A stretch of DNA of 25,043 bases, from assembly GCA_040225955.1 (NCBI GenBank), contig JBECUL010000032.1, positions 1 to 25,043 on the forward strand. The letters run 5' to 3'. The DNA comes from Candidatus Asgardarchaeum abyssi (GTDB lineage: Archaea > Asgardarchaeota > Asgardarchaeia > Asgardarchaeales > Asgardarchaeaceae). How positions within the stretch are numbered: the first letter of the stretch is position 1; every line of letters starts with the position of its first letter. Below the pieces are notes generated by a model. That model saw only the letters and a program-made list of their open reading frames with translations, had not been told where the DNA came from and did no database searches. Positions 9,455 to 18,364 of the stretch are shown piece after piece. A program made the position numbers and the translations under genes.

Positions 9455-9910
9455 ATGGCAAAGGGTGGATTCTACTATTCAATAATAATCGGCGTTTTGA
9501 TGTATTATCTGCTATATTTTAGTAACTATGGAAAAATAGTACTTAATTACATTCCTAGCGTACCTATTTTACCAAAAGAAGTAGTTGTAGCGGCTCTTGT
9601 TATTTTCATAGCAGCAATATTCTCTGGAGGACCTATTGGAGGACTTATTTCTGGGTTGGTATTAGGTATAATTTTTTATGAATATAATTATTATGTTAAT
9701 ATAGCATTCTCTATGGTAACTGATATCATGACCCAGAATGTGGATTCTATTATGTCGACGCTATCAATCGTATCGGATCACGTAGTGTATTATATGCTTA
9801 GCTCTTCAGAGTATCAAATGTTTATTGGCATTGCTGCTATTGTTGGGTTGATTGCTGGAGTCATAAGTAAGAAGCTTTTAGGAGCTCCTTCGGAGACCGA
9901 AGAAGAATAA
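9455..9910 (+). CDS. Small 4-TM membrane protein (Gly-rich helices, acidic tail)
   Basis: ATG at 9455 with GGTGA SD is preferred over 9356, whose extension is AT-rich promoter-like sequence; four hydrophobic segments. Confidence 0.75.
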   Translation: MAKGGFYYSIIIGVLMYYLLYFSNYGKIVLNYIPSVPILPKEVVVAALVIFIAAIFSGGPIGGLISGLVLGIIFYEYNYYVNIAFSMVTDIMTQNVDSIMSTLSIVSDHVVYYMLSSSEYQMFIGIAAIVGLIAGVISKKLLGAPSETEEE

Positions 9911-9955
9911 ATTTTATTTTTACGTTAACTATTATTTCTATATTCTATATAATAC

Positions 9956-10012
9956 TTTATTATTAATAATAATTAATTAATATAAATAATATAATAATAA
10001 TTAATAATTTAA
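9956..10012. repeat. 57-nt pure A/T tract with AAT-type repeats and palindrome TTATTATTAATAATAA (9957-9972)
   Basis: No G or C between 9956 and 10012, directly upstream of the 10017 gene. Confidence 0.7.
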
Positions 10013-10016
10013 GGAA

Positions 10017-11246
10017 GTGGTTGGCTTGGCCAACCAGCTTTTTGTACAAACTAGAGATGTAGCTGTTGAAGTATGGAGAAATTGGAAAATTGCAGCTATC
10101 CTAGCGATATTTTATTCACTTAATGCTTTATTTATAGGAAAGGCCAAATTGTTTGCTGGCCATGGCGAGGTAAGAATGTTTATATTTATCCCTGCAATTA
10201 CAGCTGTTTGGTTTGGTCCAGTGGTTGGTGGCTTGGTTGGAGGATTTGGCAACCTATTAATAGATATAATTGATGATGTAATACTAAGCGGAGAGTCCTT
10301 AGAGATTTCCAACTTTATAGGCTTTCTCGCTAATCTAATCGGTGCGTACATAACTGGTATTTTACGTGACCCTCTTGAAGTTACAAAAGATGAGAGCATA
10401 ATCTCACTAAAACAAATAATAAAATACATTAGAAATACCATTGCAGCTATAATAGGAATGGGTGTAGTAACAGGTGAAATCATAGGGCTGGGTCTTTATG
10501 CTGCAGGATACTTCCCTAGTCCAGAAATAGGGTTTATACTAGCATGGGAGATTACAAAGATAAACTCTATGTTTCTTTTAATAGCAATGGTTCCAGTGCA
10601 GATTTTTGTCACTGCCTTTGAAAGGCATAGAATAAAAGCATATTATGAGCAAGCGGATCTTACTAGGAAACCTGTAATGGTTGAAGGACCTAAAGATTCC
10701 CCTATAGAGATAAAAAGATTTCATATAGTCGGCGGTGATGGTCTAGTTCAAGAAAAATGGGGCCTCTTAGAGATGGTATTAAAAAATAATTCAAATGCTT
10801 CTCTACAATATAGAATAGAGCTGAACTCCGATGACAAGATAGATCCATCAGTATCATATACAAAGATTTTGAAAAGTGGAGAGGATGATGAAAAATACTT
10901 TAAGATTTATCCGTTTGATGATGGAGTTAGAGAGATGGATATATACATCAAACCGTGGATGAACTCTATTTCTCTTCTAGAACAGAACTTTGGTAAAAAC
11001 CTTACATATCACTATAAGTATCGCTATCGTGTAATGGCACCACTTTCAGATAAGTTTCATGGTGTGATATCGTTTATTACAATGCTTGCTTTTATAGGTG
11101 TTACTATAAGTGCTTTACAATCTGTTCTTGGAACAATCTCCAGCATTAAGGCTACGTACTTCGGCTTAGCAATAGCTATTGTGATTGTAGAATTTATCAT
11201 ACTAATTGCGTATTACATGCGACTTAAGAGGAGGTTGAAAGGATGA
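10017..11246 (+). CDS. ECF S-component-like membrane domain fused to an Ig-like beta-sandwich and two further TM helices
   Basis: IPAITAVWFGPVVGGLVGGFGNLLIDII S-component signature; soluble beta-rich segment at aa ~230-340 (LEMVLKN...LKSGE...YP); two C-terminal TMs and a basic tail. Confidence 0.7.
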   Translation: MVGLANQLFVQTRDVAVEVWRNWKIAAILAIFYSLNALFIGKAKLFAGHGEVRMFIFIPAITAVWFGPVVGGLVGGFGNLLIDIIDDVILSGESLEISNFIGFLANLIGAYITGILRDPLEVTKDESIISLKQIIKYIRNTIAAIIGMGVVTGEIIGLGLYAAGYFPSPEIGFILAWEITKINSMFLLIAMVPVQIFVTAFERHRIKAYYEQADLTRKPVMVEGPKDSPIEIKRFHIVGGDGLVQEKWGLLEMVLKNNSNASLQYRIELNSDDKIDPSVSYTKILKSGEDDEKYFKIYPFDDGVREMDIYIKPWMNSISLLEQNFGKNLTYHYKYRYRVMAPLSDKFHGVISFITMLAFIGVTISALQSVLGTISSIKATYFGLAIAIVIVEFIILIAYYMRLKRRLKG

Positions 11247-12019
11247 AAATCGGCAGTACAGTTACACTGATTTTAGGATTTTTACTTTTAATTGTTGCAG
11301 CATTTGATTTCACAGTTGGTATTGTTACTATTCCAAGGTACCTTTTTGGCGTAATCTCCTTATTCCTGATAGTTGTCATAGTGGTTCTTTTATATCTAGA
11401 GAGACGTATGGAAAAAGTGATCTCTGCAGAAGTGCCTAGTATTGAAGAAATGAAGGAAGCAGCTCGCGGAAGAAAAGCGGCTCTTTCAATAATTCCTGAA
11501 GGTGTTTTTGAGGTTTATAAACCAGCTAAGTTGCATATAAAGATGAAAAATGTTACTGGTTCACGTGGAATGAGAATCTACTTCAGCAGTCTTGATTATG
11601 TTAATCCTAATAACATAATCCTATGGCTAGAACCTGATGAGAAACAAGACATAATACTTCGTGTAATACCTGTAGGTAAAGGAGAGCGAGAATTGGCAAT
11701 CGAAGTAAGGCCATTATTTGACGAAAATGGTAATTTAATACCTGAGGCCGATGCTGACCCTATTTCGTTTCAAAGCTTTAAATACAACGCAAAAGAAAGA
11801 ATGGTTGGTGGCTTGACAAGCACTCAAAGAAGCATTATAAAAAACATAGCAAAAGTAGCCGCAATTTTCACGGTCATCAGTGGTGCTCTCTTTGCATATT
11901 TCCCAGAGTTGGTGGCTAGTGCGGAAATAATAACCTCATTTGTTCCATTATTCATAACGTTACAAGTGCCGTTGCTGTACATATATTTCTACTTAGTAAA
12001 TAGGTTACCTATTTCCTAA
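11243..12019 (+). CDS. 2TM-Ig-like-2TM membrane protein, paralogous to the C-terminal half of the upstream gene
   Basis: ATGA overlap with the upstream stop; shared pattern L..KN...RI...S.D...P...L...E...P...G.RE..I...P. Confidence 0.75.
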   Translation: MKIGSTVTLILGFLLLIVAAFDFTVGIVTIPRYLFGVISLFLIVVIVVLLYLERRMEKVISAEVPSIEEMKEAARGRKAALSIIPEGVFEVYKPAKLHIKMKNVTGSRGMRIYFSSLDYVNPNNIILWLEPDEKQDIILRVIPVGKGERELAIEVRPLFDENGNLIPEADADPISFQSFKYNAKERMVGGLTSTQRSIIKNIAKVAAIFTVISGALFAYFPELVASAEIITSFVPLFITLQVPLLYIYFYLVNRLPIS

Positions 12020-12028
12020 TCTACATGT

Positions 12029-12928
12029 CTACTCTATTTTTATGTTCGGACATCGTTTCTTAATATAGTCCAATGACTGCTTAGCCCAACTAAGTTGCAA
12101 TTCAAAAATGATAGGCCCTTTGAAATTATGCTTATCTAGGTACGTTAAAAACTCACAAACTGGAAGTTTTCCTTCACCTAAAGGTATGTGGTCCTTTATC
12201 TCTACATAACCATTTTTCTTTATCTTATATCCGTCGTGAAGATGTATCTCTGCAATTTTATCATAGTTCCATTCAAGAAATTCCATAACATCATAATTTC
12301 CTGAGTAGCCAGCTAGCAAATGACCAGTGTCAAAACAGATCGAAGTATCTAACTCATCAACTATTTTTCGTGTATATTTAAATTCAAATTCTACATTTTC
12401 TATTGCCAATCGTCTTGAATTAATTCCTGTGGCCTCTAAGAGATTTTCCACACTTTTTAAAGCATTAGAGTAGAACATTTCATTTACAATATTTTTTAAG
12501 GCCGGAGGCCCCTCAATCCTAGAAAGCTCAGATGCTAAAGCTCCAGTGGCATGAATAACATAGACTTCTGGTGAAAAAATCTCAGCGATATTAATTATTT
12601 CAGCTAATGATTTAACAGAAGCGTCTCTTATATGAGGTACTGGGCTAGCGGGCTCTATGGACCACAATGGTAAATGGGCCGTATATATCAAATTCAGTTT
12701 TTTCTTAATTTCCTTTAGCTCTTCCGCTACCTCCTCTGTGAGGGAGTTTGGTATCACATAAGCCATATCTAAGGTAAGTTCAATAACTCTAAATCCATTA
12801 TCATATGCCCTTTTCACCAGATTTTTAAAATTTAAGAGACTCATTATTTCAAGGAGACTTACTTCGGAAGCAAGTTTTGTAAGCTCTATAAGGTGCTCAA
12901 GATCTATGGACGTGATGCCAAAATTCAT
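12029..12928 (-). CDS. AP-endonuclease-2/xylose-isomerase-like TIM-barrel metalloenzyme, possibly cobamide-remodelling phosphodiesterase CbiR-like
   Basis: IEL, YTAHLP, YVIH, IENV, ICFDTGHL, IHLHDG, DHIPLG and IFE metal motifs; ATG 12928 follows a GAGGTG SD. The CbiR assignment is tentative. Confidence 0.75.
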   Translation of the reverse strand: MNFGITSIDLEHLIELTKLASEVSLLEIMSLLNFKNLVKRAYDNGFRVIELTLDMAYVIPNSLTEEVAEELKEIKKKLNLIYTAHLPLWSIEPASPVPHIRDASVKSLAEIINIAEIFSPEVYVIHATGALASELSRIEGPPALKNIVNEMFYSNALKSVENLLEATGINSRRLAIENVEFEFKYTRKIVDELDTSICFDTGHLLAGYSGNYDVMEFLEWNYDKIAEIHLHDGYKIKKNGYVEIKDHIPLGEGKLPVCEFLTYLDKHNFKGPIIFELQLSWAKQSLDYIKKRCPNIKIE

Positions 12929-13139
12929 GTGCACACCTCACTATATATGTAACTTAGTAATAACATAAAAATTAATATATTCCTTAAAATTTGTTATTCA
13001 CAGCATGGAATATTGCAACACAAAAGTACAATAGTAAGCACATTCTGCCAAGAGTATTTATATGTAAAGTCTATGAAATATACATTAAGAGGCCCTATAT
13101 TCATCTGATCGCTAAAGTATCCAATAGAGGAAATAATTC

Positions 13140-14555
13140 ATGATTTGTAAAAAAGCCTACCTGATTGCATTATTAATTATTGTAGTTACAAAGTTTGTTA
13201 TCCATGCATATATATTGCTTAAGGCACCATTGCTTCCAGGACTTGATGGAGGGTACTATGCAGTTCAAGTTAGATCCATACTTATAAATGGAAAATTATA
13301 TTATTCAGCTCCTCCAATCACCTTTTATATTTTTGCACTTTTCGCTCAAGTGCTTTTAGCCCTAGGATACGGACCGCTAAATATATGTGTAATTGATGGT
13401 ATCAAATTAGGACTATCAGCTATGGTAGCCCTAAGCGGCGTGCCTGCGTACCTTTTTGCATATGAGCTATTTAAAAGAAGAGATATTGCAATATACTTTA
13501 CGTTAATTCTGCTGTGGCACCCTTATTTTATAATAATTTCTGGTGGAGCATCATTGTATAAAAATTCGGTTGGAGTTTTCTTTCTCTTTTCATACCTATA
13601 CTTTTTGTTTAGAAGTATTGATGAGATCGATAGTAGAGTACATATCTTAACTATAATATTTTTTGTGTTGAACGCTTTAACACATATACTAATCTTCGGA
13701 ATAGCTCTAGCCTTAACATTGGTTATTAATATTATTTACGTATTCCTTTGGAGAATCAAAGGCTTGCCTTTGAATAATAGATTCATAAAAACGATTATTG
13801 CAAACTACATATTAGTTATTTTTGCTTTTGTCGCGATAATTCTCTTCTTCCCCGAATTTTTCGGCACATATTATAAATTTGAGAGTTTCATCGAAAGGTT
13901 TCCCTTTGAGTTCATACCACTGATTCTTCCAATAATTCTTTTTGGTTTTGACTTAATAGTGGTTATCACTTGGCTCTTAATCCTTGTAACAGCTTATGAG
14001 TTGATTTTTAGAAGGAAACATTTTCTATCGAAGAATAAAGCTCCCCTATTGATGATTCTCATTGCTATGGAAGTGTTAGCTATCTTCTTATTATGGCCGT
14101 TTTTTGAGTCTCAATATCGTATTCGATTTCTTTTTGTATCGTTCATCCCATTTACTGTACTATCATCCTTTAATATCTCTAATTTATTAAAGAAAAAAGG
14201 AGAGGCGCTGGTTGCCTTTTTAACTATAATGTTGATTTTCACGCCAGCCATTCTTAGAAATTACTCTCACACATTTCCATGTATCTCATTCGCTGAGACA
14301 CAAGATATACTCGTAATGAGGCAATATGTAGAAAAGGAAAAATCCATTGTGTATACAAGACCTGGTTTGCATTATTGGGTAACTTGGTTTCTTGATGTAC
14401 CATCAGATTATCATCTTAATAAAGAGAATCTTGAAAATGCTAAGGAATCGTATAAGTATGTTTATGTTATACTTCCAAAATTGGTAAGAAATGTACCACC
14501 ATGGTGGAAGCTGATTTTCAGAGGGAGTTCGCTTTCACTTTATTTAGTCACATAA
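13140..14555 (+). CDS. Polytopic membrane protein, probable GT-C fold glycosyltransferase
   Basis: Conserved Asp in the first loop (PGLDGGYY), about 12 TMs, C-terminal soluble domain; architecture typical of archaeal GT-C proteins. Confidence 0.6.
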   Translation: MICKKAYLIALLIIVVTKFVIHAYILLKAPLLPGLDGGYYAVQVRSILINGKLYYSAPPITFYIFALFAQVLLALGYGPLNICVIDGIKLGLSAMVALSGVPAYLFAYELFKRRDIAIYFTLILLWHPYFIIISGGASLYKNSVGVFFLFSYLYFLFRSIDEIDSRVHILTIIFFVLNALTHILIFGIALALTLVINIIYVFLWRIKGLPLNNRFIKTIIANYILVIFAFVAIILFFPEFFGTYYKFESFIERFPFEFIPLILPIILFGFDLIVVITWLLILVTAYELIFRRKHFLSKNKAPLLMILIAMEVLAIFLLWPFFESQYRIRFLFVSFIPFTVLSSFNISNLLKKKGEALVAFLTIMLIFTPAILRNYSHTFPCISFAETQDILVMRQYVEKEKSIVYTRPGLHYWVTWFLDVPSDYHLNKENLENAKESYKYVYVILPKLVRNVPPWWKLIFRGSSLSLYLVT

Positions 14556-14695
14556 TAGTGTAATTATATGTGTCTATTAGAACAACAATATTATTAGGGT
14601 CGAGATCACAGTGGTGTGCTCGATGGTATAGAATAAAAATCTTGATATCAAAAAATCCCAGGATAACATATTACTTAGGGTAGTGGTGTACTCAC

Positions 14696-14932
14696 ATGAA
14701 GTCTCTTGGATACATTTTGAAAAGATATGCTCATATATTTCTTCTAATTGTTGCAATACTTTTTGGATATGGACACGCATGTTTTACTTTCCTTCGTTAA
14801 TTAGAGAAAAGTTGCATGGATATACTTATCTATAGACCTGAGTATCTGAAGATTATAGTTAATGATTGCGGAAATGTTTACATGACAGATGGAGTTTTCC
14901 TATTTAGAAACGCGACAGACTATCAAATATAA
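14696..14932 (+). pseudogene. Probable relic of a secreted or membrane-anchored protein gene
   Basis: GTGGTG SD-like motif, then MKSLGYILKRYAHIFLLIVAILFGYGHACFTFLR*LEKSCMDILIYRPEYLKIIVNDCGNVYMTDGVFLFRNATDYQI* in one frame with an internal TAA at 14798-14800. Confidence 0.3.
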
Positions 14933-14981
14933 TCCTAATCCTTTCTATTATTCTTGCTAATCATAATTGCAGGGAATGTTA

Positions 14982-15965
14982 CTATTTAAAAACCCTTCTA
15001 AATACGCGTAAGAAGTTCTCTCCAAGAATTTTTCTTATCTCATTATCAGAGTATCCTCGTGAGACTAATCCCTTCACTATGTTAACGAACTTTGTCACAT
15101 CTTCAAAACCTTTAGGCCATGTGTATATTTTGCCATCTATTTCTAATAGGCGAATTCTTCTTTCTAAACTCTCGCTCCACCCTTCTGCAAAATCAGATCC
15201 TATTCCAACATGGTCTACGCCTATGAGGTCAACTATATAGTCAATGTGATCTAGCATGTCATTAATCGTACAATTTTCTCCACCTAGAAGTCTTGGAAAG
15301 CCAGTAACTCCAATAACTCCACCTTTTTCAGCTAACGCTTTTAGCTCATCATCATAATGATTTTGATAAGTATCAACTAATGCTCTCGCACTTGAATGGG
15401 AGAAAATCACTGGATCTTTAGAGACTTCAATCGTTTCTAATGATGTTTTGGGACCCACATGAGCTAAATCTATCAAAATTCCCAATTCATTTAGTTTTTC
15501 AACCAATTCTAATCCAAACTTAGTTAGTCCGGTATCGTGTCGTTCAGCACCTCCAGTACCTGCGATATTTTGAAAATGATACGTCAATTGGAAGATTCTG
15601 AGACCTAACTTATAATAAATATCAAGCATGTCAAGTCTACCTTCCAGAGGGTCTACATTTTGAAATCCGATTAGAAATGCTGTTTTATTCTCCTTTTTTG
15701 CAGTTAGTATATCCTCAGCTGTTGTTGCCAACATTATTAGGTCGCTATGTTTCTTAAAGTAACCATAAAGACGAGCAAAACGTTTAATTGTCTCTGATAT
15801 GTTCTGGTTCATTGCAATTGTATAATTTATTGCTGTTATACCAGCGTTACGTAACTTCTCAAAATACCCACGATACATCAGTGAGGCATTTAACCCATCA
15901 ATCACTATACATTTCCTATAAAGTTCCTCAGCATGCTCCTCTTCATCTTTTGAAAGATTAAACAT
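14982..15965 (-). CDS. Membrane dipeptidase (peptidase M19) family protein with atypical metal site
   Basis: GLRIFQLTY, DTGLTKFG, IDLAHVG, FSHS, DHIDY and GIGSDF motifs; the canonical HxD is replaced by DGLNA and the bridging Glu by Gln (GFQN). Confidence 0.85.
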   Translation of the reverse strand: MFNLSKDEEEHAEELYRKCIVIDGLNASLMYRGYFEKLRNAGITAINYTIAMNQNISETIKRFARLYGYFKKHSDLIMLATTAEDILTAKKENKTAFLIGFQNVDPLEGRLDMLDIYYKLGLRIFQLTYHFQNIAGTGGAERHDTGLTKFGLELVEKLNELGILIDLAHVGPKTSLETIEVSKDPVIFSHSSARALVDTYQNHYDDELKALAEKGGVIGVTGFPRLLGGENCTINDMLDHIDYIVDLIGVDHVGIGSDFAEGWSESLERRIRLLEIDGKIYTWPKGFEDVTKFVNIVKGLVSRGYSDNEIRKILGENFLRVFRRVFK

Positions 15966-15987
15966 ATTCTCACCTCACCTCGAGTAA

Positions 15988-17379
15988 TTACTTATTGATA
16001 AAATTAGTTTTCTCTTTTAGAGTTTCAAGAAAAACCTCCTTTAACTCTGGCTCTATTTTCTCTTTTACCCTATCAAGAATTTTTTGCTCATCTACTGTTA
16101 GAATTTTTCGATCTCTCATTACTACTCTGCCATCAATTATTACCGTCTCTACATCATGGCCATTAGCCGCATAAACTATTGTATTAATAACATCACAAAC
16201 TGGTTGCAAATGCACCTTTTGTAGGTTGATAATTGCAATATCAGCTTTCTTACCAGCTTCTATACTTCCAACTTCATTTTCCATAAAGACCGCTTTGGCT
16301 CCTTCGATAGTAGCCATCCTTAAAACATCTTTTCCTGTTAATGATCTTGCTTTTAAGGTTGATACTTTAGATAGGAAGGCTGCTGCTCTCATAGTTTCTA
16401 TCATATCCAGATTGTCGTTACTAGCTGCACCATCTGTTGCCAGAGATACGGTAATTCCTTTGTCAAGCATCTTCCTTATTGGTGCTATACCAGACGCCAG
16501 CCTCATGTTTGACTTTGGATTATGAGATACTTTAACACCAGCTTTTGCAAGCATATTAATTTCTTCATCATCCAACCAAATGCAGTGAACAGCTAATAGT
16601 CTATCGTCCAGTAAACCAACTTTCTCTAAAAATCTGATAGGAGTTAACCCAGTTTCCTTTTTGGTCAGTTCAACCTCATATGGTGCCTCAGAGACATGAG
16701 TAGTTATGGGAACTCCAGTCTCATTAGATTGCTCTTTGATCATTCTAAGAAAGTCTTCAGTACATATATAGGGAGTCGACGGAGCATATATCATCTTTAT
16801 ACGGCCGTTTCTAGAATTATGCCACTCATTAATAGATTCCCTTATATCCTTAAGCACTTGTTCAGGAGGTCTTATGAGGTCCTCTGGTATCCATTTATTA
16901 GCTAAAGTGACGCCAGCTATGCCACGAATACCCACATCGTCAAATGCTTTAAGTGACATTTTATAATTGGCACTAAAATCAAGTATAGTGGTGGTTCCAG
17001 TTTTTATAGCTTCTATTGAAGCAAGTAATGCTCCATAATAATAAAATTCGTTGAATCCGTTAGAAATGAACTTTTCGGATAGCCGAACTATAGGAAATAA
17101 AACTAAGTTGCACCATGGCTCTAACTCAAGATCATCATGCCAGCCTTTCATGAAGTTTTGGTAGGTATGAGAGTGCGTATTTATAAATCCTGGGACCACT
17201 GCTTTTCCCTTAGCATCTATAATTTCGTAATCCTTAGAATTATATTTTTTCTCGATTTTTGAGCACTTTCCAACATCTACAATTTTGTTACTCTCGATCA
17301 CAACAGCTCCGTTTTCGATTATTTGATTGCTTTTATCGCAAGTGATAACATATCCACCTTTTATGAGGAGGTTCAACAA
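15988..17379 (-). CDS. Amidohydrolase superfamily deaminase (MtaD/TrzA/8-oxoguanine deaminase group)
   Basis: PGFINTHSH, GTTT, HVSE, VHCIWL, HNPKSNMRLASG, TDGAASN and GSIEAGKKAD motifs; TTG start with a strong SD. Confidence 0.9.
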   Translation of the reverse strand: MLNLLIKGGYVITCDKSNQIIENGAVVIESNKIVDVGKCSKIEKKYNSKDYEIIDAKGKAVVPGFINTHSHTYQNFMKGWHDDLELEPWCNLVLFPIVRLSEKFISNGFNEFYYYGALLASIEAIKTGTTTILDFSANYKMSLKAFDDVGIRGIAGVTLANKWIPEDLIRPPEQVLKDIRESINEWHNSRNGRIKMIYAPSTPYICTEDFLRMIKEQSNETGVPITTHVSEAPYEVELTKKETGLTPIRFLEKVGLLDDRLLAVHCIWLDDEEINMLAKAGVKVSHNPKSNMRLASGIAPIRKMLDKGITVSLATDGAASNDNLDMIETMRAAAFLSKVSTLKARSLTGKDVLRMATIEGAKAVFMENEVGSIEAGKKADIAIINLQKVHLQPVCDVINTIVYAANGHDVETVIIDGRVVMRDRKILTVDEQKILDRVKEKIEPELKEVFLETLKEKTNFINK

Positions 17380-17414
17380 TCACCACTCCTCGCTGGTAAT
17401 ATTAAACACAGTTA

Positions 17415-17435
17415 TATGTGTCATATAAGGCATAT
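17415..17435 (-). promoter_or_regulatory. Operator copy 1 (ATATGCCTTATATGACACATA on the minus strand) upstream of the deaminase-dipeptidase operon
   Basis: 17/21 identity to the site at 18365-18385; overlaps the palindrome TTATATG-N3-CATATAA (17412-17428); abuts a TATA-like AATTAATAT. Confidence 0.7.
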
Positions 17436-17562
17436 TAATTTTTTTATAAGAAACAGCATAGTTTTCAAAATCCTTATAAGTATAGCAAGCGTAAATTTTA
17501 AAAAATGTTATATTGAAAAGCTCAAAATAGACTCAGTATAGCAAGTTCCGGGTGAAAATATA

Positions 17563-18264
17563 TTGTTTAGAAGATTGTTAAACGCTAGACTTGATGAGGA
17601 GTTCATACTGCAGAATATCTTAAGTGAGATTAGGGTGAAAATACTCAGAAGTATAACAAAAGAGCCAAAAACTGCCTTTCAATTATCAAAAGAATTAGGG
17701 TTACATACCTCAACTATTTATCGGAATTTAGATGTGCTAGGTGCTTATGGATTGGTGCGTGTTTTTAAAGTTGAGAGCTTTAAGCATCTTCTTAAAAAAT
17801 ATTATATGGTAACGCTTAAAGGATTTTATGTCGCGTTTGATTTTTTGAAAGATCTAAGTTATGAGTTTTATTATAATTTTGAAAAGTACTTTTCATATAG
17901 ATGGAGCATTCAAATCCCTGAAGAGTGCATTTCAGAGTACGCAAAAATATCTTCAAACGAGAAATTAGTTAAAGTTGAACATGAGATGATGAAAAAGTTT
18001 CTTAAGGAAACTCCGTTTACTTTAGAGGACTTAAATGATCTGGATACCATCCTTACGTTCATAGTATATGTTATTAAGAATTGTAATGACGAAGAGATAA
18101 GAAAATTGGAGGTTGAGAGAATTAAAATCCATGCAAAGACTGTTTCTAAAATGCCTCAATTTATTGATATATTACGGAGACGTCTTACTGAAAAAATAGA
18201 AAGTGCTAAGATGTACTTGGAGATTCTATATAAAGCAACTCAAGAAAAGAAACCTATTTCATGA
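17563..18264 (+). CDS. ArsR-like winged-helix transcriptional regulator with extended C-terminal domain
   Basis: RVKILRSI...KTAFQLSKELGLHTSTIYRNLDVL...GLV...KKYY; GGTGA SD before the TTG. Confidence 0.85.
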   Translation: MFRRLLNARLDEEFILQNILSEIRVKILRSITKEPKTAFQLSKELGLHTSTIYRNLDVLGAYGLVRVFKVESFKHLLKKYYMVTLKGFYVAFDFLKDLSYEFYYNFEKYFSYRWSIQIPEECISEYAKISSNEKLVKVEHEMMKKFLKETPFTLEDLNDLDTILTFIVYVIKNCNDEEIRKLEVERIKIHAKTVSKMPQFIDILRRRLTEKIESAKMYLEILYKATQEKKPIS

Positions 18265-18364
18265 CAACTAAGAATGTTTGCTTAGATGGATTTTTAGATA
18301 AAAGATTTTGTTATTTTTAAGCTAATTTATTATTTCTATATGTAAACACTTACGCAAATTATTT

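Noticed and set aside
8180-10483. ORFs 8180-8383 and 10112-10483
   Set aside because: Antisense to well-supported membrane protein genes.
14564-14574. TTATATGTGTC, an 11-nt match to the operator
   Set aside because: Half-site only, lacks the palindromic partner and is not at a confident promoter.
14577-14780. 67-aa minus-strand ORF
   Set aside because: No recognisable motif; the plus-strand relic explains the region at least as well. Not fully excluded.
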